64,000 nucleotides of DNA, from NCBI RefSeq assembly GCF_009914755.1, contig NC_060942.1; one strand, given 5' to 3'. The first letter of the stretch is position 1. Each line of letters starts with the position of its first letter. The notes below the pieces were generated by a model. That model saw nothing but the letters and a program-made list of their open reading frames with translations, was not told where the DNA came from and searched no databases. This document shows, one piece after another, positions 14,413-30,409 of the stretch. Source of the DNA: the human T2T-CHM13v2.0 reference genome, Homo sapiens. The position numbers and the translations under genes were made by a program.

Positions 14413-14772
14413 TGTGTTAGTCATTAGAGCTGTTCAAAATATTCTATTTGCTCCCTCTGAAGACATAATAAAATCACACTTTTCCACTGCCCTTTGAAGT
14501 GAGGTACAGTTCTTTGGCCAATAAAATGTGAACAGTAGCCACATGTGTCACTTCCTGCAGGAAGTTTTTAGAGCCAATGCCCACTTACCATATTCCTTTT
14601 TCTGCTTCAGCAATTGTAGAAGCATCACATGAGGGGATCCTTCAGTGACCGGGATGCATGGACTCACTTTATGAAGCATGAGTGAAAAATGAGCTCTTAC
14701 TACGTTACACCACTGAGATTTGGGGAATTGTTCATTAATGCGGCATAACCTGGCCAATACTGACTGAATAAC
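14413..14772 (+). mobile_element. MaLR LTR (MLT1-type)
   Basis: ttctttggccaataaaatgtgaacagt...tgtgtcacttcc; gagatttgggga...ataacctggccaatactgactgaata typical of MLT1. Confidence 0.65.
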
Positions 14773-15294
14773 TGTCTAAAAAAATGGAAATACATATATA
14801 AGTAACATCAGGGAAAGAAATCAAAACAGAAGACAGAATTTCCACAGCATATAAAAATGCCACTTCACATTAACAGAGGTAAAAGAATTTCAAGCTCTCC
14901 AAAGATTTTTTCTCCCTTATTCAACTCTCTGACTTCATAATAAAATAAACTTTCAGTTCCTTTGGCTAAGAGGTAGATGAAAGTAGAATTGAGCTCACTA
15001 GTGAACTAGCTACTCATATGAGGCAAAAGGACTGGGCTAAATATTCCCAGGATGCTGCTCCTACACTTACTCCTTTTTCCTCCAAACACTTGTTGAAAAA
15101 GTACAGGTTGCATTCCTCCCTTGAGCCAGCACACTGAGACAAAGGTGAATAGTAATTTTCCTAGGGAATTACAAATGCAAGTGGGAAGGGACCTTAAGAA
15201 CATCCTAACCAAACCTTCATTTTATACATACTTTCAATAACCGCCCACATTCTCTAGCTGCTTACTAGTGCCGGGTGCTTTCCCTATAACGTGG

Positions 15295-15940
15295 CACAGC
15301 AGTCTCTACCTGGCTGCATCTTAGAATCATCTAGAGTGACTTAAGGCTCCACCCCAGACCAAGCAAATCAGAATCTCTTGGATGTGGCTTCTGGTAATAT
15401 TTTAAATGTTTCCCCTTGTGACTCTAATGAGCAGCTGGGATCAACAGCCAACAGTAGAGGAGAATTTCTTAAGCTAGTGGTTCCTAAACTATAATGCACA
15501 CTGGATCACCAGGGAGTTTCAAAAACCCTGATGCCTGGCCAGGCACAGTGGCTCATGCCTGTAATCCTAGTACTTCGGGAGGATCCCCTGAGGCCAGGAG
15601 TTTGAGACCAGCCTGGTCAATATAGTGAGACTCCATCTCTACAAAAAATAAAACAATTAGCCAGGTGTGGTGATGCATAGCTGTAGTTCCAGCTACTCTA
15701 GAGGCGGAGGCGGGAGGATCACTCGAGCCCAGGAGTTTGAGGCTGCAGTGAGCAATGACCACATTACCACACTACCAGCCTAGGTGACAGACCAAGACCT
15801 TGTCTAAAAAAAAAAAAAAAAATCAATGCCTGGCCCCACCCGAGACCTCCTGATGTAACTGGTCTGGGGTGAGATCTGGGCATCAGAACTTTTTAAAGCT
15901 GCCTAGGTAATTCCACTTTGCAGCAACATTTGGGAGCCAT
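15295..15940. mobile_element. MER5A hAT-Charlie fragments with an AluJ inserted at 15537-15822
   Basis: ttagaatcatctagag...ccaccccagacc...aatcagaatctct; ggtctggggtgagatctgggcatc; Alu on + strand with A-tail. Confidence 0.75.
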
Positions 15941-17739
15941 GGTGGTAAGCGGATTTAAGAGTCTGAGGTCTGGTCAGACAGACATGGGTGCAAATTCTCC
16001 CTACCATACTGTGTGATCTTGGGCATTGTTCCTTGCCCTCTCTGGAGTTGAGTTTTCTCATGTTGTCAAGTGGGAGAACGACAGCATCTTTCCAAGGTGG
16101 CTCTGAGGGACTAATGAGGCTGTGAGTGACTGCAGGACCTGTCACATGAGAACTGCTCAACAAGTGCAAGTTGCTGTTGTCTCACTGAATTCTCCCAGTC
16201 AACCTGCCAATCAAGGTGACTGCCCTACTTTTATAGCTACAGGAACTGAGGATCAGAAAGGTATTTGGCTGTCTCAAGATTACACAGTAATTACCAGCAA
16301 AGCAGGCTTTCACACCAATGCTATACTGACCAGGTACTTGCAAGCTGACCCCAAACCCACTGCAATAACCACCCCTCTGGGAAAGCAAATGGAGCCAGGC
16401 TGCACGTTGTTGAACTGGCCTCACTAAAGGACACGATGTAGGCTGTCATGGTGGACCTGGGCCCATCTCAGCTCACCAGCTTCTGCCCTAGAGCTTAATA
16501 GACTAAATTACGTCTTGAATTTCACCGACTTCATTTCATCTCTTTTCAAGGTTGCAAAATAGCCTCAAATGACCTATTTGACCAGAATCCTTTCCTCAGT
16601 GTATTCTAGAAAAGCAATAGCTACTGATGACTGTTTCTTTTATTAATGTGGTACCATTTCTAAAGGGATCATGGCCTGTTAAATCCTCACATAACTCATG
16701 ACAGAAGGATGAACTCAGACACTACTGACACATTATTATATTTGCCAAATGGCTTATGGAGAAGACAGGGAATTTGCCTAAAGCACTTCTACACCCTGAA
16801 GTATATATAATACTTTGACCCAATGTGTGAAAAAAGTATACAACCACAGTACTAGATGGGGTACCCAGCACCCTTAGGACCACAGGTTTACTTTGTTTAC
16901 TGAAAACGTGTGTTCATCACTAAGAAGATGCCATCAGTGCACCGCCCCAGGTACCCCCACCAAGGCCCCGCCCTGTGTGAGGGCTGAAATCTTGGGGAAA
17001 GGAAGACAAGTGTTCAGCTCATCTTCTCTCATCTCCATCATCCTCTTACTCCTATATCTGGACATACACAATTGACTTTTCCCTGCTATGTAAAGTGACA
17101 CAACCATTTCCAGAAATTCCCTCATCCCCATTCAATTAGAATGAAACCCCTACGCTGCCCCTACATAGGAACTCCGGAACAGCCACAACCGTGCTAAGGC
17201 AAAATTTCCCCTGCAAAGACGAGGAGCTACAGGGTTGCAGGACTAACTGCCTGTGCTGGTAATTTTGATGCCCCCAAGAATGCAGAAGGGATTTCTGCAT
17301 GTGAAAAGCCACCATCCTCTTGGCCATAGAAAGGACCTACCAGTCACTTCTTGCCTTGCTGGCTCCACCATGAACGTGAACAAGGCCACTTCTAGACCCT
17401 ACTGGCTGCAAACACTCCAAATAACAAAGCAAAAGCATCATCCCCCTGAGAACACTGTGTCCCTAAAAGTCAAATCTAAATTGAACTGAATTATCAGAGC
17501 CATGACAGATCTTGTCTAATTTTACCCTGCCCCACTTAGGGGAGGAGCCAGAACCAAGCTGATGTTTTAAAAATGAAATTTGGGACACTGTACTCAAGGC
17601 ACAAATGCCCCATAAAGCAGCCTCAAAACCGATAGTTTCAAGATTCAATCCAATGATTAACTTGCTGTCTGTGAGATCAGACAGGCAGCAAAGTGCATCC
17701 ACGGCAGTCAAGGCAAAGGCTGCAGTTAACACCTAAGCA

Positions 17740-17845
17740 CGACATTGGCGCCCGGGGGGCTGCAGGCGGGGCAGTGACGCGAGTGGCCCAGTGAGGTACA
17801 GGAGCCCGCCTTGTTGCCTAGCAATGCCGTGCAGACGTCACTCTT
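17740..17845. promoter_or_regulatory. Orphan promoter/enhancer-like motif cluster (CCAAT, GC box, X-box, CRE-like)
   Basis: ATTGG 17744-17748, GGCGGGGC 17765-17772, TGACGC 17775-17780, X-box GTTGCCTAGCAAT 17813-17825, GACGTCA 17834-17840; local CpG enrichment in non-repeat DNA. Confidence 0.55.
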
Positions 17846-18379
17846 TGGAGCATCAGTAGCCACAACCGGTTAACACATTACTCTGGCATTTCAACAAAGC
17901 ATAAAATGAGCTTTCAATCACTGCTCCAGGTGGCAGATAAAATGCAGCGGATGGGGCATGTGCGTCAGAGGCAAGAACCCCTACCTCTGCCTCTGCATTT
18001 AAGATGACAAGATATTCTTCCCCAGGGCGGAAGCGCACCTTGTGTGTGTCCGGCCAGGTGGTGCAGCCCAGCAGGCTGCTGTGCACTTGCCAGGGAAGGC
18101 TGGTTTCTGCTTCCAGCTTCCGCAGGCTAATGCCGCTCTGCCACGTGCAGTGAGAGGAAAGCTAAGGCAACTTACTGTCCTTGCTGGAACCACGAATTAA
18201 CAAATTATGGCTTAATGGGCACACTGGCTTGTAGGCCCCACGGAAACAGGAGAGGTCTCTTCCTTGTGACCTCACAGTGTTCTGCATAAGTTTAGGTGAC
18301 CTTCAATAAATGCTTGTTGGATCCAATACCCTCATTTATGATTCTGGGGGGAGTAGGTGCATTAAAATTTAAGGAATAT

Positions 18380-19170
<791 letters not shown>

Positions 19171-19174
19171 TATA

Positions 19175-19485
<311 letters not shown>

Positions 19486-22400
19486 TAAAACATAAAAATA
19501 AAAAATTATAAAATGTAAAGAACATAGCCTAAGCCATATAACCTGAAAGACTCATTGCGTAGCATAAACACACGTGATAATAAGCACATTGTAATGCTAA
19601 TAACTACAGTGCATATGCTAACTGATGGTTTCACAAAGTGCTGTTATACACATCATTCCCTGACTGTTCAGGACTTGGGGACCTGAATGAAGCACGTTTT
19701 CACACTCAGTCACTTTCTCAGCCCTGTCTACAACTCTCCCTTGCTTAGGTCTTCTCCTTGTCACTAAGGTGCTCACGAAGCTACTAACTGCTCTCCCTGG
19801 GAGGCTCTCAGAGGGCCCTGCTCCCCTCAGATTCCCCTTGAGGGGCTTCCAGAAGACATCAAAACAGGTCCTGAGCTATTCCAGACTCAAGGGAAAGGGG
19901 AGACAGGAAAAGGAGGTGTCAGAAACGTCACCTCTCTCCTCTACCTCCAGTAAACCGCCTCCACTTAGTCCCCAGAATTATTGGCTGGGCCAAATATGTC
20001 TAAGTCTTTTAATCAATAATAAACAAACATGATAACAATTACTTATTAAGCACTTGACCATGTGCCACGTATTATCTCATATAATACAACAATCCTAAGC
20101 ATCTTTTTTCTCCCCCTAAGCGTCTTGTAGATGAGGAAATGGAGACTCAGAGAGGTGAGGTCACTTATAGGGAGTAAGAGTGGAACCAGCAATTCAGATC
20201 CTGGACCATCAGACCCAAAACCCATGCTTGTAGCCAAGCCAGCTCATGCTCCTTCTGCGTGACTTAGCCTCTCTGCCCTGATTCCATACAGAAATCTCCC
20301 AGCAGCACTTCTGAATATCTCCAGAAATGCATCATTACTACTATTGTTCCCTACCCATGCCCCACTTGGGGACCATCAGTGAAAGGTAGCAGAGAGGTTT
20401 CACATCCGTGTATTCATTCACTCAGCAAACATTTCAGGAGTACCCACCCTGACTGGCCACTCTTCTACACTCTGGGCACAAAGTCAAAGAAAACCTAGTT
20501 CCTGCACTCAAGAGAAGGAGACACATATCCAAGCAAATACATTCAGAAGAGCATGTTAGACAAGGCAGGGAGAGGCCCGAGAGGCTTGGGGAAAGGCGTA
20601 GCCACTCTACTGGTAGCTCAGCAATGACATCACAGAGTAGATGAGACATTCAAGTCCTGTCATCATCTTCAAGTAAGACTGATTAAGCCCCATGGGTGGT
20701 ATGTCAAGGGTTCATACCCAGAGACCTTACAAACAGACAACTCCCTTAGTCCTGGAGAGACAAATCCTATCCCAGCCCCTGCACAGTGGCCCCTTGTCTG
20801 CAATCATTTGGCAGATATTTCAGCTCTACCTTGTGCTTGGTGCTCTGCAAGGGGCTGGACATACTGCAGGAACCAGAGGAGACCAGGTTCCTAGCTTCAC
20901 GGAGCTAACAGCTTTGTCACCAGACCTGTCACACACCGAAAAACTGCCCAGGCATTTGTTAAAGCATTGACTCTTAACAGGAATTTTTTGTGGTGCAATT
21001 TGAAAAGCTGGCACATGCACTGTTGCAAACAAACTAGTTTAAGTCAGAGCTCTTGCACCAGATGCTGTGGGTGATGTGAGGACAGAGGCATGGCCAGTAT
21101 CTGCAGCGGCCCAGGGCCAAGAGCCTTGACATGTTGATGTTTGCCAAGCAGTGTGCTTCTGTAAGGTGACATTTTGTTAAAAATAGGTGATCTGTGTGAA
21201 TGAGCCCATTTCTCAAAGTCTTCCAGGAAATACGATATGTACATATTTCATTCCCATCCTCATCACTACCCTCCAATATCCATTCTTCTATTAATTGTGC
21301 AGGTAAGGCTATCATGAAGAGTTTACAATGAGTGGATAATAAATGAGCAGGGCTTGGAGTAGGATGTGCATAAAATCCCAACTGTATTTGAAACTACTGT
21401 TGGACTCTGATAACTCTAGCGCCTATCCTGCCAGCCAAGCAAGATGATAAACAGATGTTCAATGTCTCTGCCTCAATTCTCAGTTTCACTCTTATTATTA
21501 CTATTTCTTCCCGTTTATTCAGTCATCTTTCTGTCCAGCCCCAACCTCGCATCCATCCATCCATCCATCCTCCATTCACATCATTCTCTCGTTCATTCCG
21601 GGGCACTGGTTATTAAGAGATCCCCAGTGCATCCTCCTGGCTCAGAATAAGAGATGATTCTGCAGAGAAAGAAAGAAGGCTATAGTGAGGAAGCTTGTAT
21701 GAGTAATAAAATAACAGCAGCAAGGCTTGTGAGAAGATATTTTCTGGAAAGCTCTGTCTGATAATAGACTCATGGCTCCCACAGGGAAGAGCTACTTGGT
21801 AAGCCTCCAGCTGGGTGTTACAGTTATACCCACACAAGATGCCCCCCAGGAATCCTGCCACCCCTAAAGCCACACTTCCTTCCCAAGCAGACCAGCCCCA
21901 ACTCTGAGGGAGTCACAGCTCTGGGCCAGGTGGCTACCCTCCATGAAGCAGGTAGGGGAAATCTTTCTCCTCCTCCTTCTAAGGCAGCTCCTGTTCATGG
22001 ACTGTACACCAAGATCTCCTAGGGCAAGGAGTGATGCTATTTCATACCACTTGCTATTTCTTACCCGAATGAAGTGTAAGAGAGTGAGTTAAGAGTACAG
22101 CTCATGCAGGCCTTTTGTGCCAACCTATCAGTCATGATATGATTCTACATAGAACCCAAATCCAACAACAATACTACCTTCCTTCCAACTTCTGATCATA
22201 CACTGCTGCTAAATTACCCCCAGGAAGCTTGCATCGCACCGTGCATCCACCTTGTGTGTGTGCAGTCTCCCAGTGTACTCTGTTATTATGTGACTATATG
22301 TCCAGTTTAAAGTCTGATTACAGATCCATACTGTAGTCAGGATTCTTTCACTCAGTTAATCAACAAAGATTAACTCTCCACCACATCTCTATCTCGGAGC

Positions 22401-23419
22401 CAGAGATACAGAAATGAGCATGTAGAGAAGTGGTTCAAGGGACTCCTCAGAGTCCAGTGGAGGAGAAAGGTGTAAATCCACTTTACTATAGCACAAGGTA
22501 CTATGGTGATGGACAGGGTAGACCTAATTCTACCTTGGGGGTAGCAAACACAAACAAAAGGGAACTCCATGAATGTCACTTTCTGGAGATAACTATTTTC
22601 ACCTACTTAGGGATGAGACTCTTGACTTAGATAGGGCTCACCTTTCTCATTCATGTTTCCTATATGAAAAATATCTAGCTAGACTCTTTAATTCAGAACT
22701 TTATGGGTGTGACAAATGATTGAAGAAGTATTACAATGTAGCATCCACATTAGAGTCAATGAGTGAATCATGAACTCTGATTGTGGCTTGCAGCCTTCTT
22801 GTCATTAAGGAGGCAGTGATGCCTGCTAACTAGTGTGGCCAGGGGAAGTATGGTATGTAGGCTCATCTCATGCTCTGCAGTGCCTTCCTGCCTGGGCTGC
22901 CAGGTCTGATTCATCCAAGGCTTCTGCTGACACAAGCGCTAAGAGAACCATCTTCATGCACTGGCCTCTCTGAATGGGCATGCATCCCTCCAGTGAGCTC
23001 TACGAGGTGCTGTCTCCAAAGTTGCAGCCTCATCTCTCAAAACTGAGTGCTCTGCTTGGTGTCACTGCTCCATCTGCAGAGTCAGAGGTCTTGGTAAAAT
23101 TGTTGTCCTCCTGGGCTACAGCTGCTGTGATGAGAGAAACTGGGCTTCCCTTTGAAATATGATCTGCAAAAATATGATTACATAGACACAAAGACACAAA
23201 CAATTTCTGTGTAGCCCATGGAATGACAGGTCACCATGTAACTCTGAATCACTTCATGATGTATATTGCATGGGCTATGGAGGGTGGAAAGAAGTATGGA
23301 TAAAGAAGGAAATTATACCAAGATAGAATTTGGAAGAAGCAGGACTGAAGTCTCAAGGAGGTTGAAATAAACAAAATGGAGAAAAGACAGTTTAACAGGA
23401 GATTGTGGCTGTAGACATT

Positions 23420-23880
23420 AGGACTGAAAATGGCTAACAGGACAGAAAACTCAAAAGAAGAGTGCCTTAAACAAGACTGAGGCTTATTTCTTTCTCATAG
23501 AAACGTAGGCAACACAGGGCTGTTACAGAGTGCTATGATCATAAGGGAACCCAGGCTCCTTCTACCTTGTAGCTCCATCACCCTGAACGTCATAGCTTCC
23601 AACTCATGGTCCAAAATGGCTGCTCAAGACCCAGTCATCACATCCTTATTCCACCTCGCAAGAAGAAAGAAGAAGTAAAGAATAGATTGCCCCTTTTCTA
23701 TGGAGACAGTTCTCAGAAGTTGCATACACCACTTCTGCTCGCATCCCATTGAGCTAGAATTTAGTCAGATCACCACACCCACCTAGTAGGGAGGCTGGAA
23801 AATATAGGCTTTATTCTGAACAACTTTGTGCCCTTCAGTGACAAATGAAGGCTTTATAGCAGTCTCTGCAAAAGTCCTGT
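23420..23880. mobile_element. MaLR LTR (MLT1K/L-like)
   Basis: ccttaaacaagactgaggcttatttctttctca; ggaacccaggctccttct; accacttctgctcgcatcccattg; gggaggctggaaaatatagg. Confidence 0.6.
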
Positions 23881-26214
23881 GTAAACACTCAAGTTTAAGA
23901 TCTCAGAGATGGAGCACTTCCAGGTAAAGACACAATGAAGAATATGACCCCAGGAATAGGTGGTTGAAAGGCAGTCAAATTGAAGGTCATTGACATATTA
24001 AAGTCAAGGGACAGTGAGGTTTATTTATGGGATGGATCATTAACAACACAGAAGACGAAGCCACATAGGTTAACTGAAGAGTTAGGGTGAAGAGGAAGAT
24101 TCGGAGGCCACTGATGATATTGTAGCTATATGGTAGACTTTGAAACCACATGAACCACTGACTTAAGTTTATTCTATAATTATTTCAACTTAAAGAATCA
24201 GGAATATTCTCTGCTATTTCACTTTTGATTTCCCATAGTACCGGAGACATTGAACACACTTAATACAAGTTGCGCAAAAGAGTCACAAACCCTCACTAGA
24301 CCCCAGAAAGATAACCAAATATGTTCTATCCCCCAAAAGCTCTTGCTGACTCAGGCATTAGGAAAATGACAAATATTCTTTCTGTTGTATTGCAGCATTT
24401 TGGTAAACTGTCCAGTTTAACAAGCAGCATATTTGAAATATACTACCTGTTCTTTGAAGATTGAAAATAGTCTAGGGAAAAAAATACATAAAACAAGAAA
24501 AAATAAGGAAGTTATATGTGTGCTGTGTTACTATAGGAGACTGAGAATAGACTTAAGATTGAGTGCAGCATCTGTTTCCAAAACAGCCAGACAGAAGGGA
24601 ATTCTCTTCCTATTCTCATTACTAAATACTCAAAAGAATCACTGATTTGGGGAGTAAGGGACAGAGCAACTTCTTTCTCCTTCCTGTGAAGATGAAAAGC
24701 CAGCCTGTTGGCTTCCATATGAACTATGCACTTAAAAGGCAACCATCTAAGCAGCTTGGAAGGACTGAGAGTCCTGTGTCTGACTGCTGCCCTCACCGGC
24801 AGCAGGGATGCTGAGCCACAGGCCATGTCTTGCCTAGTGCACAAGGGAGGGTCTCATTCTGTCTGCCTTCTCTCTTTCTCCTTCCAAAAGCTGGCTCCAA
24901 GGAACTTTTATCTACTCAGTGTTACAAAGAGGAAGACAAATGGGTGAAGTTCCGCCAGCTGAGACAGGGTCAAAATCCTGAAAGGACTTCATGCAGATTC
25001 TAAAGCAAGTGAGATCCAAGTCTAATGAGACTATGCAGAGATTGCAAAGAACCTTTCAATGTTCATGCACTACAGAAGATAACCACCTTGGCAATTTTCT
25101 TTCTTGAAACCCTTGATTAGAAATCCACTGCCCCCTCCTTTTTATTTATTTTATTTTTTTGTTGAGAACTGTGAGTGTACATATCTAGCTAATATCCATA
25201 GCAAGACAGAAAAAATGTATAAGTTATCCTAAGCTTACATTCCAAAGCAAATTTTCTTTTCAAAAACAAAATATAGATAACGGAGTAATTAACAATACCT
25301 ACGTATCCACCATCAGAATGAATAGTTAAAATCTGTTAGCATTTATATATTATATAAATTACAATTGACCCGCATTACATGTGGTATTTATGTTCTATAG
25401 AGTTACCACAAACACTGAATTCTCAATTACCAAACCATTGCTCCTAGAGGAAATACAAGATTAGCTTCCTGTGAGCCTCTGGCGTATGTATCCATGAACA
25501 GAATGTGGTATGGTCGTGTAGGGTTTATAAAATGTTTTACACAAACAGTATCATACCATTTCAACATTCTGCAACTTACTTCCTCCACTTAACTGTATGT
25601 CTCCAAAGTCTATTTATATTGAAACATATAGATTTAATTAATTGATTGAAACTTCAGTACAGTAATTCCAAGACTCAGCAATTAGATGATATCAATCACC
25701 AAGCATTTCAAGCACTTTCAGTGAAAAGGTATTCTTCATCCTATACCTAAAAAGTTGTCTTAAACAAATGTGGTCACAATATTCTTTTGTTAAATCAAAT
25801 ATGATGTAGAATATAATCAACCCCTCAGTACATCAATGTCATCTTCAATCAGGACCACTTCTCTGATGTCATGTCCCATCACTCAACCCCATGCAATTCA
25901 TGCTGTGGTATACATGCTTTTCATGTCTTTGGCCCTTTCAAATACTATTAGCTCTGACAGGTAGGTTATTCCTTTCCTCCTGTGTCTGGCAAACTCCTAG
26001 ACAACCTTCCAAACTCAATGCAAATGCCATCTCCAGAGGCAGATTTACTTCAAAGCCAGTGAAATTTAAGCTTCAGGCCTCTCAATTCCACAGGTCTCTA
26101 CAAAGACCATGGGAGAGATGTAGCAAGGTATCCATGTGCACATTTGCATTTTTGTAAAATCATAGGATTAAGGTTTTTTTTTGTTAATGGGCCATCCAAA
26201 TTATATAATCTTAA

Positions 26215-26970
<756 letters not shown>

Positions 26971-28440
26971 AAAAGCTTCAGAACCCTCTAAACCTCGATC
27001 TGCCCTGATCATCACTTTTGTGAAGCTTTCCATGACCTCCTGAAAGGGAAGTCCTCCGAGGTTCCACAGCACTTTATGTCTAATACTTAATATGTTTTAG
27101 TATAACTTATCTGCCCAAATAACTGCATAAGATATTAGATAATTTTTGTTCATATGTCTGTCTCAATAGTAGGAATTCAACAAAAACTCGCTAAATGTGT
27201 ATTATTGATGAAAATGTAAACAGAGATTTGTGCATTTATTTGCTGTCTGTTCCATTTTCAGACCCTGCCACCATCCATCTTCAGAAGGAGCCTTCCAACT
27301 GCATGCTCACTGCACACCAGCAGACAGGGAGGGGCCAGAGGGAGCCAGATGGCAGCAAGAGGGGAAAGAAGTTTTCAGGAAGGTTATGAGAAAGAATGTG
27401 AAGTCAAATCACAAACGGAATGGGAGTCAAACAGAAATGAGGCTGAGAGTTCTAACAGGGAAGGAGACAATAACATGGACCCATCATCTGGGACGAGTTC
27501 ATGTTTGAGGTGGTGGGGTAGTTTCATTTAAAAACAAAGGGAAAAGTTCAAAGTACATAAAAAGGAGATATGAAGAAAATAGGTATTTAGTTACAATTGG
27601 GTAGATTAAATTTGAGAAACTAGCTAATCCTGCGTCGTAGCACTTGCTGTTTCTTCTGCTGGACAGCCCTCCCTTGTCAGCTCTCACGCATCCTTCAAGA
27701 ACCAGCTTCACTGTGACTTATCTGAAGCCATTCCTGGGCTTTCCTGCCCGAATGCTCCAGATTTCATTTCTCCCTCTGCTCTGCAACCAAAACTATAAAC
27801 ATAACTACAAGTGTGTTTTTTACTTATTTTAAACATCTGAGTGAGTACTAAACTATGTGTAAATAAACTACTCTTTATATTTTCATCTGATAATTTTAAC
27901 TTCCCCACAATTAACTACTAAATAGAAAATTTTAGTGTTTTTTATTTCAAGTCATCCTTTTATCCCATGTACCCAAGATAGAGTTATGTTCTAGTAAAAT
28001 ATGACATTGTTCTCCTGGTGAGAGACAAGAAGGCAGGCAAAAGCAAAAGGCAGAACCAAAACACATTTGAAAGCACTTCCCATGGGAAAGAATGTCACAT
28101 TTGAAAACAGATTCCTCCGTTGTTTCCTTGGTTTAAGCGGAAGTTACTTGTTTGTAAAATTACAGTTGAAACCATTGTTGCAGAGCAAGAGATTCTCTAT
28201 TCTCCTGTGGCAGTTATTACTGTGTCCAAGGCAGGCTCAAATAGAATCTGAGATCATTCAAAATTTAAACAGTGAATGCAGCAATCAAAATGTCACTGGG
28301 GTAGGGGAATGAATGAATAATTCAGCTAACTAAAGTTAACATTTAGAAAAGACCAGACTTGCAAATTCCAGGAGGTAATGAGAGCCTGGAGTAAGATGGT
28401 CCCTACCCCTCCGCCACCTGCTGCAATTAAAAACAAACAA

Positions 28441-28774
<334 letters not shown>

Positions 28775-29789
28775 TCAGATCTGAGGAGCAGCAGCCAGAG
28801 AGTGATCCAAACACCCTGATGGGGCATTCAGGAACATTATTTGATTTCAGTTCATCCAACACTTCCTGAGCTTCTAGCAAGCCAGACACTGGGCTGGGTG
28901 CAGGGAATGCACAGATGTATAAAACCATCACCGCCTTTGAGGAGCTCGTGGTCTGGGAGGGTGGATGACAAAGACTCGGGGATCCTGCATCATGGGAGGG
29001 CATAATAAAGCTATGACAAGAACAACAGGATCCCTGAAAGGCCCACCTGCATAGGCTTGTGTTTGTGGTGGGGAGTTGTCTGGTATAAAATCTAGATGGC
29101 TGGTGACTGTCAGGGAGCTCCAGCAGCAAACTTGGGGTTCAGGGCCAGGCCCTCATGAGGACAGCTTTGCTCTTTCATCCCACTGTGACTGTAGGTGTGG
29201 TATTCTCTCTGCCTAGGATGTCCTCACCTCCTTTGCCCACCTGGAAACCTCTATTCCTCTGCAAGACATCCACATGAGCTTTACTTTCCAGATGAAAGCT
29301 CTCTTGGCTGTCCCAGACAGCCTCGGGTGCCCAATTGTCATAAACAAAGACAATGACCACATCCTGCAGTGACAGCTCCTCGTCTGATTCAGTAGATGCT
29401 CTGCGAGCAGACAGCGAAGGCCATGTTTCATCTTGTCTGCATGTGCAGAGCCTGACAAGCAAGGCATTCAGCAAATGTTTGTTAAAATGAATGAGGCCGA
29501 GTTCTGCTTCGCTTAGGAGGATGTGGATTTCATTCTAATAACGAGAAAAAGCCTGACATTCTAAAACATCGTAAGTTTTCTTGAGCCCATCTGAGGAGGT
29601 GAGGCCAGGACAAAATGAAGTGAACATAATTCCAAAGAGTGACAAGCGCCTGCGACCAAAGTGGGGGCACACGGTTGTTACGCCTTTGTCAGAAATGGAG
29701 GAGGACATGGCTGCCAGAAAAAGCAGGTTGGAAGGAAACAGCTAAAATGGTAATGAATTCTTAAGTGTGGCCTAAGCACAACAATGTTA

Positions 29790-30270
29790 GCCCCAGACAC
29801 AAGGAGCGGGCATCCGTACTCACACGCGAGCTCTTTTCCAAGGCCTCCGTGGGGGGCTCCTGAGAAGACTGGGAGGCAGGACGGAAGAGCAGAGAAGCCC
29901 CGTCCCCCACCACGAGCCTAACACAGAGTAGCAACAAGCGCGGATGCAGAGTCAGCCCATGAAGGCCAAGGTGGGGAAGGGACACTGAGAAAGCCCAGGA
30001 CGGTGTGGGCCGCACACGAAGCACAGGGAACCGGCCCAGAAGGACTCTGCCCCACCCCCGCGGCTGTGAGCGCCCACTTCCGGGTCACTTCCGGGTCCTG
30101 GGCGGCCCTCTCCTCTGCGTCCGGCAGGCGGTGGCCTCCGGGGCCTCCATGCGGACTCCTCAGCGGTGACACAACCAGGCTCTGCACGGGTCCCTCCTCC
30201 CAGCGCTGCAGCTCGGAGACTCTCCAGACAGTCAGCTGGGGCCGTCGCGGGCCGCCTCACTTGCCTCCCC
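29790..30270. promoter_or_regulatory. Small CpG-rich orphan promoter with tandem ETS sites
   Basis: Marked GC/CpG enrichment; perfect direct repeat CACTTCCGGGT x2 at 30075-30096 (GABPA/ELK-type); minus-strand donor GTGAGT at 29818-29823. Confidence 0.7.
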
Positions 30271-30409
30271 TGTCAGGGGGATGACTTTCTCATGCTGCCT
30301 GTTGCCCAGTGTGGAAGCCATTGGTTCACAGATTTTCCTTAAGGTTTTTAGTATTTTAAGTCTCAGCGGTCAGTCTGGTACTTGTTACATCATCTTGGTC
30401 AGAAGCAAA

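Noticed and set aside
29175-29474. Protein-like minus-strand ORF (STESDEELSLQDVVIVFVYDNW)
   Set aside because: Embedded in L2-like sequence ending in the typical L2 3' tail (gcaaatgtttgttaaaatgaatga).
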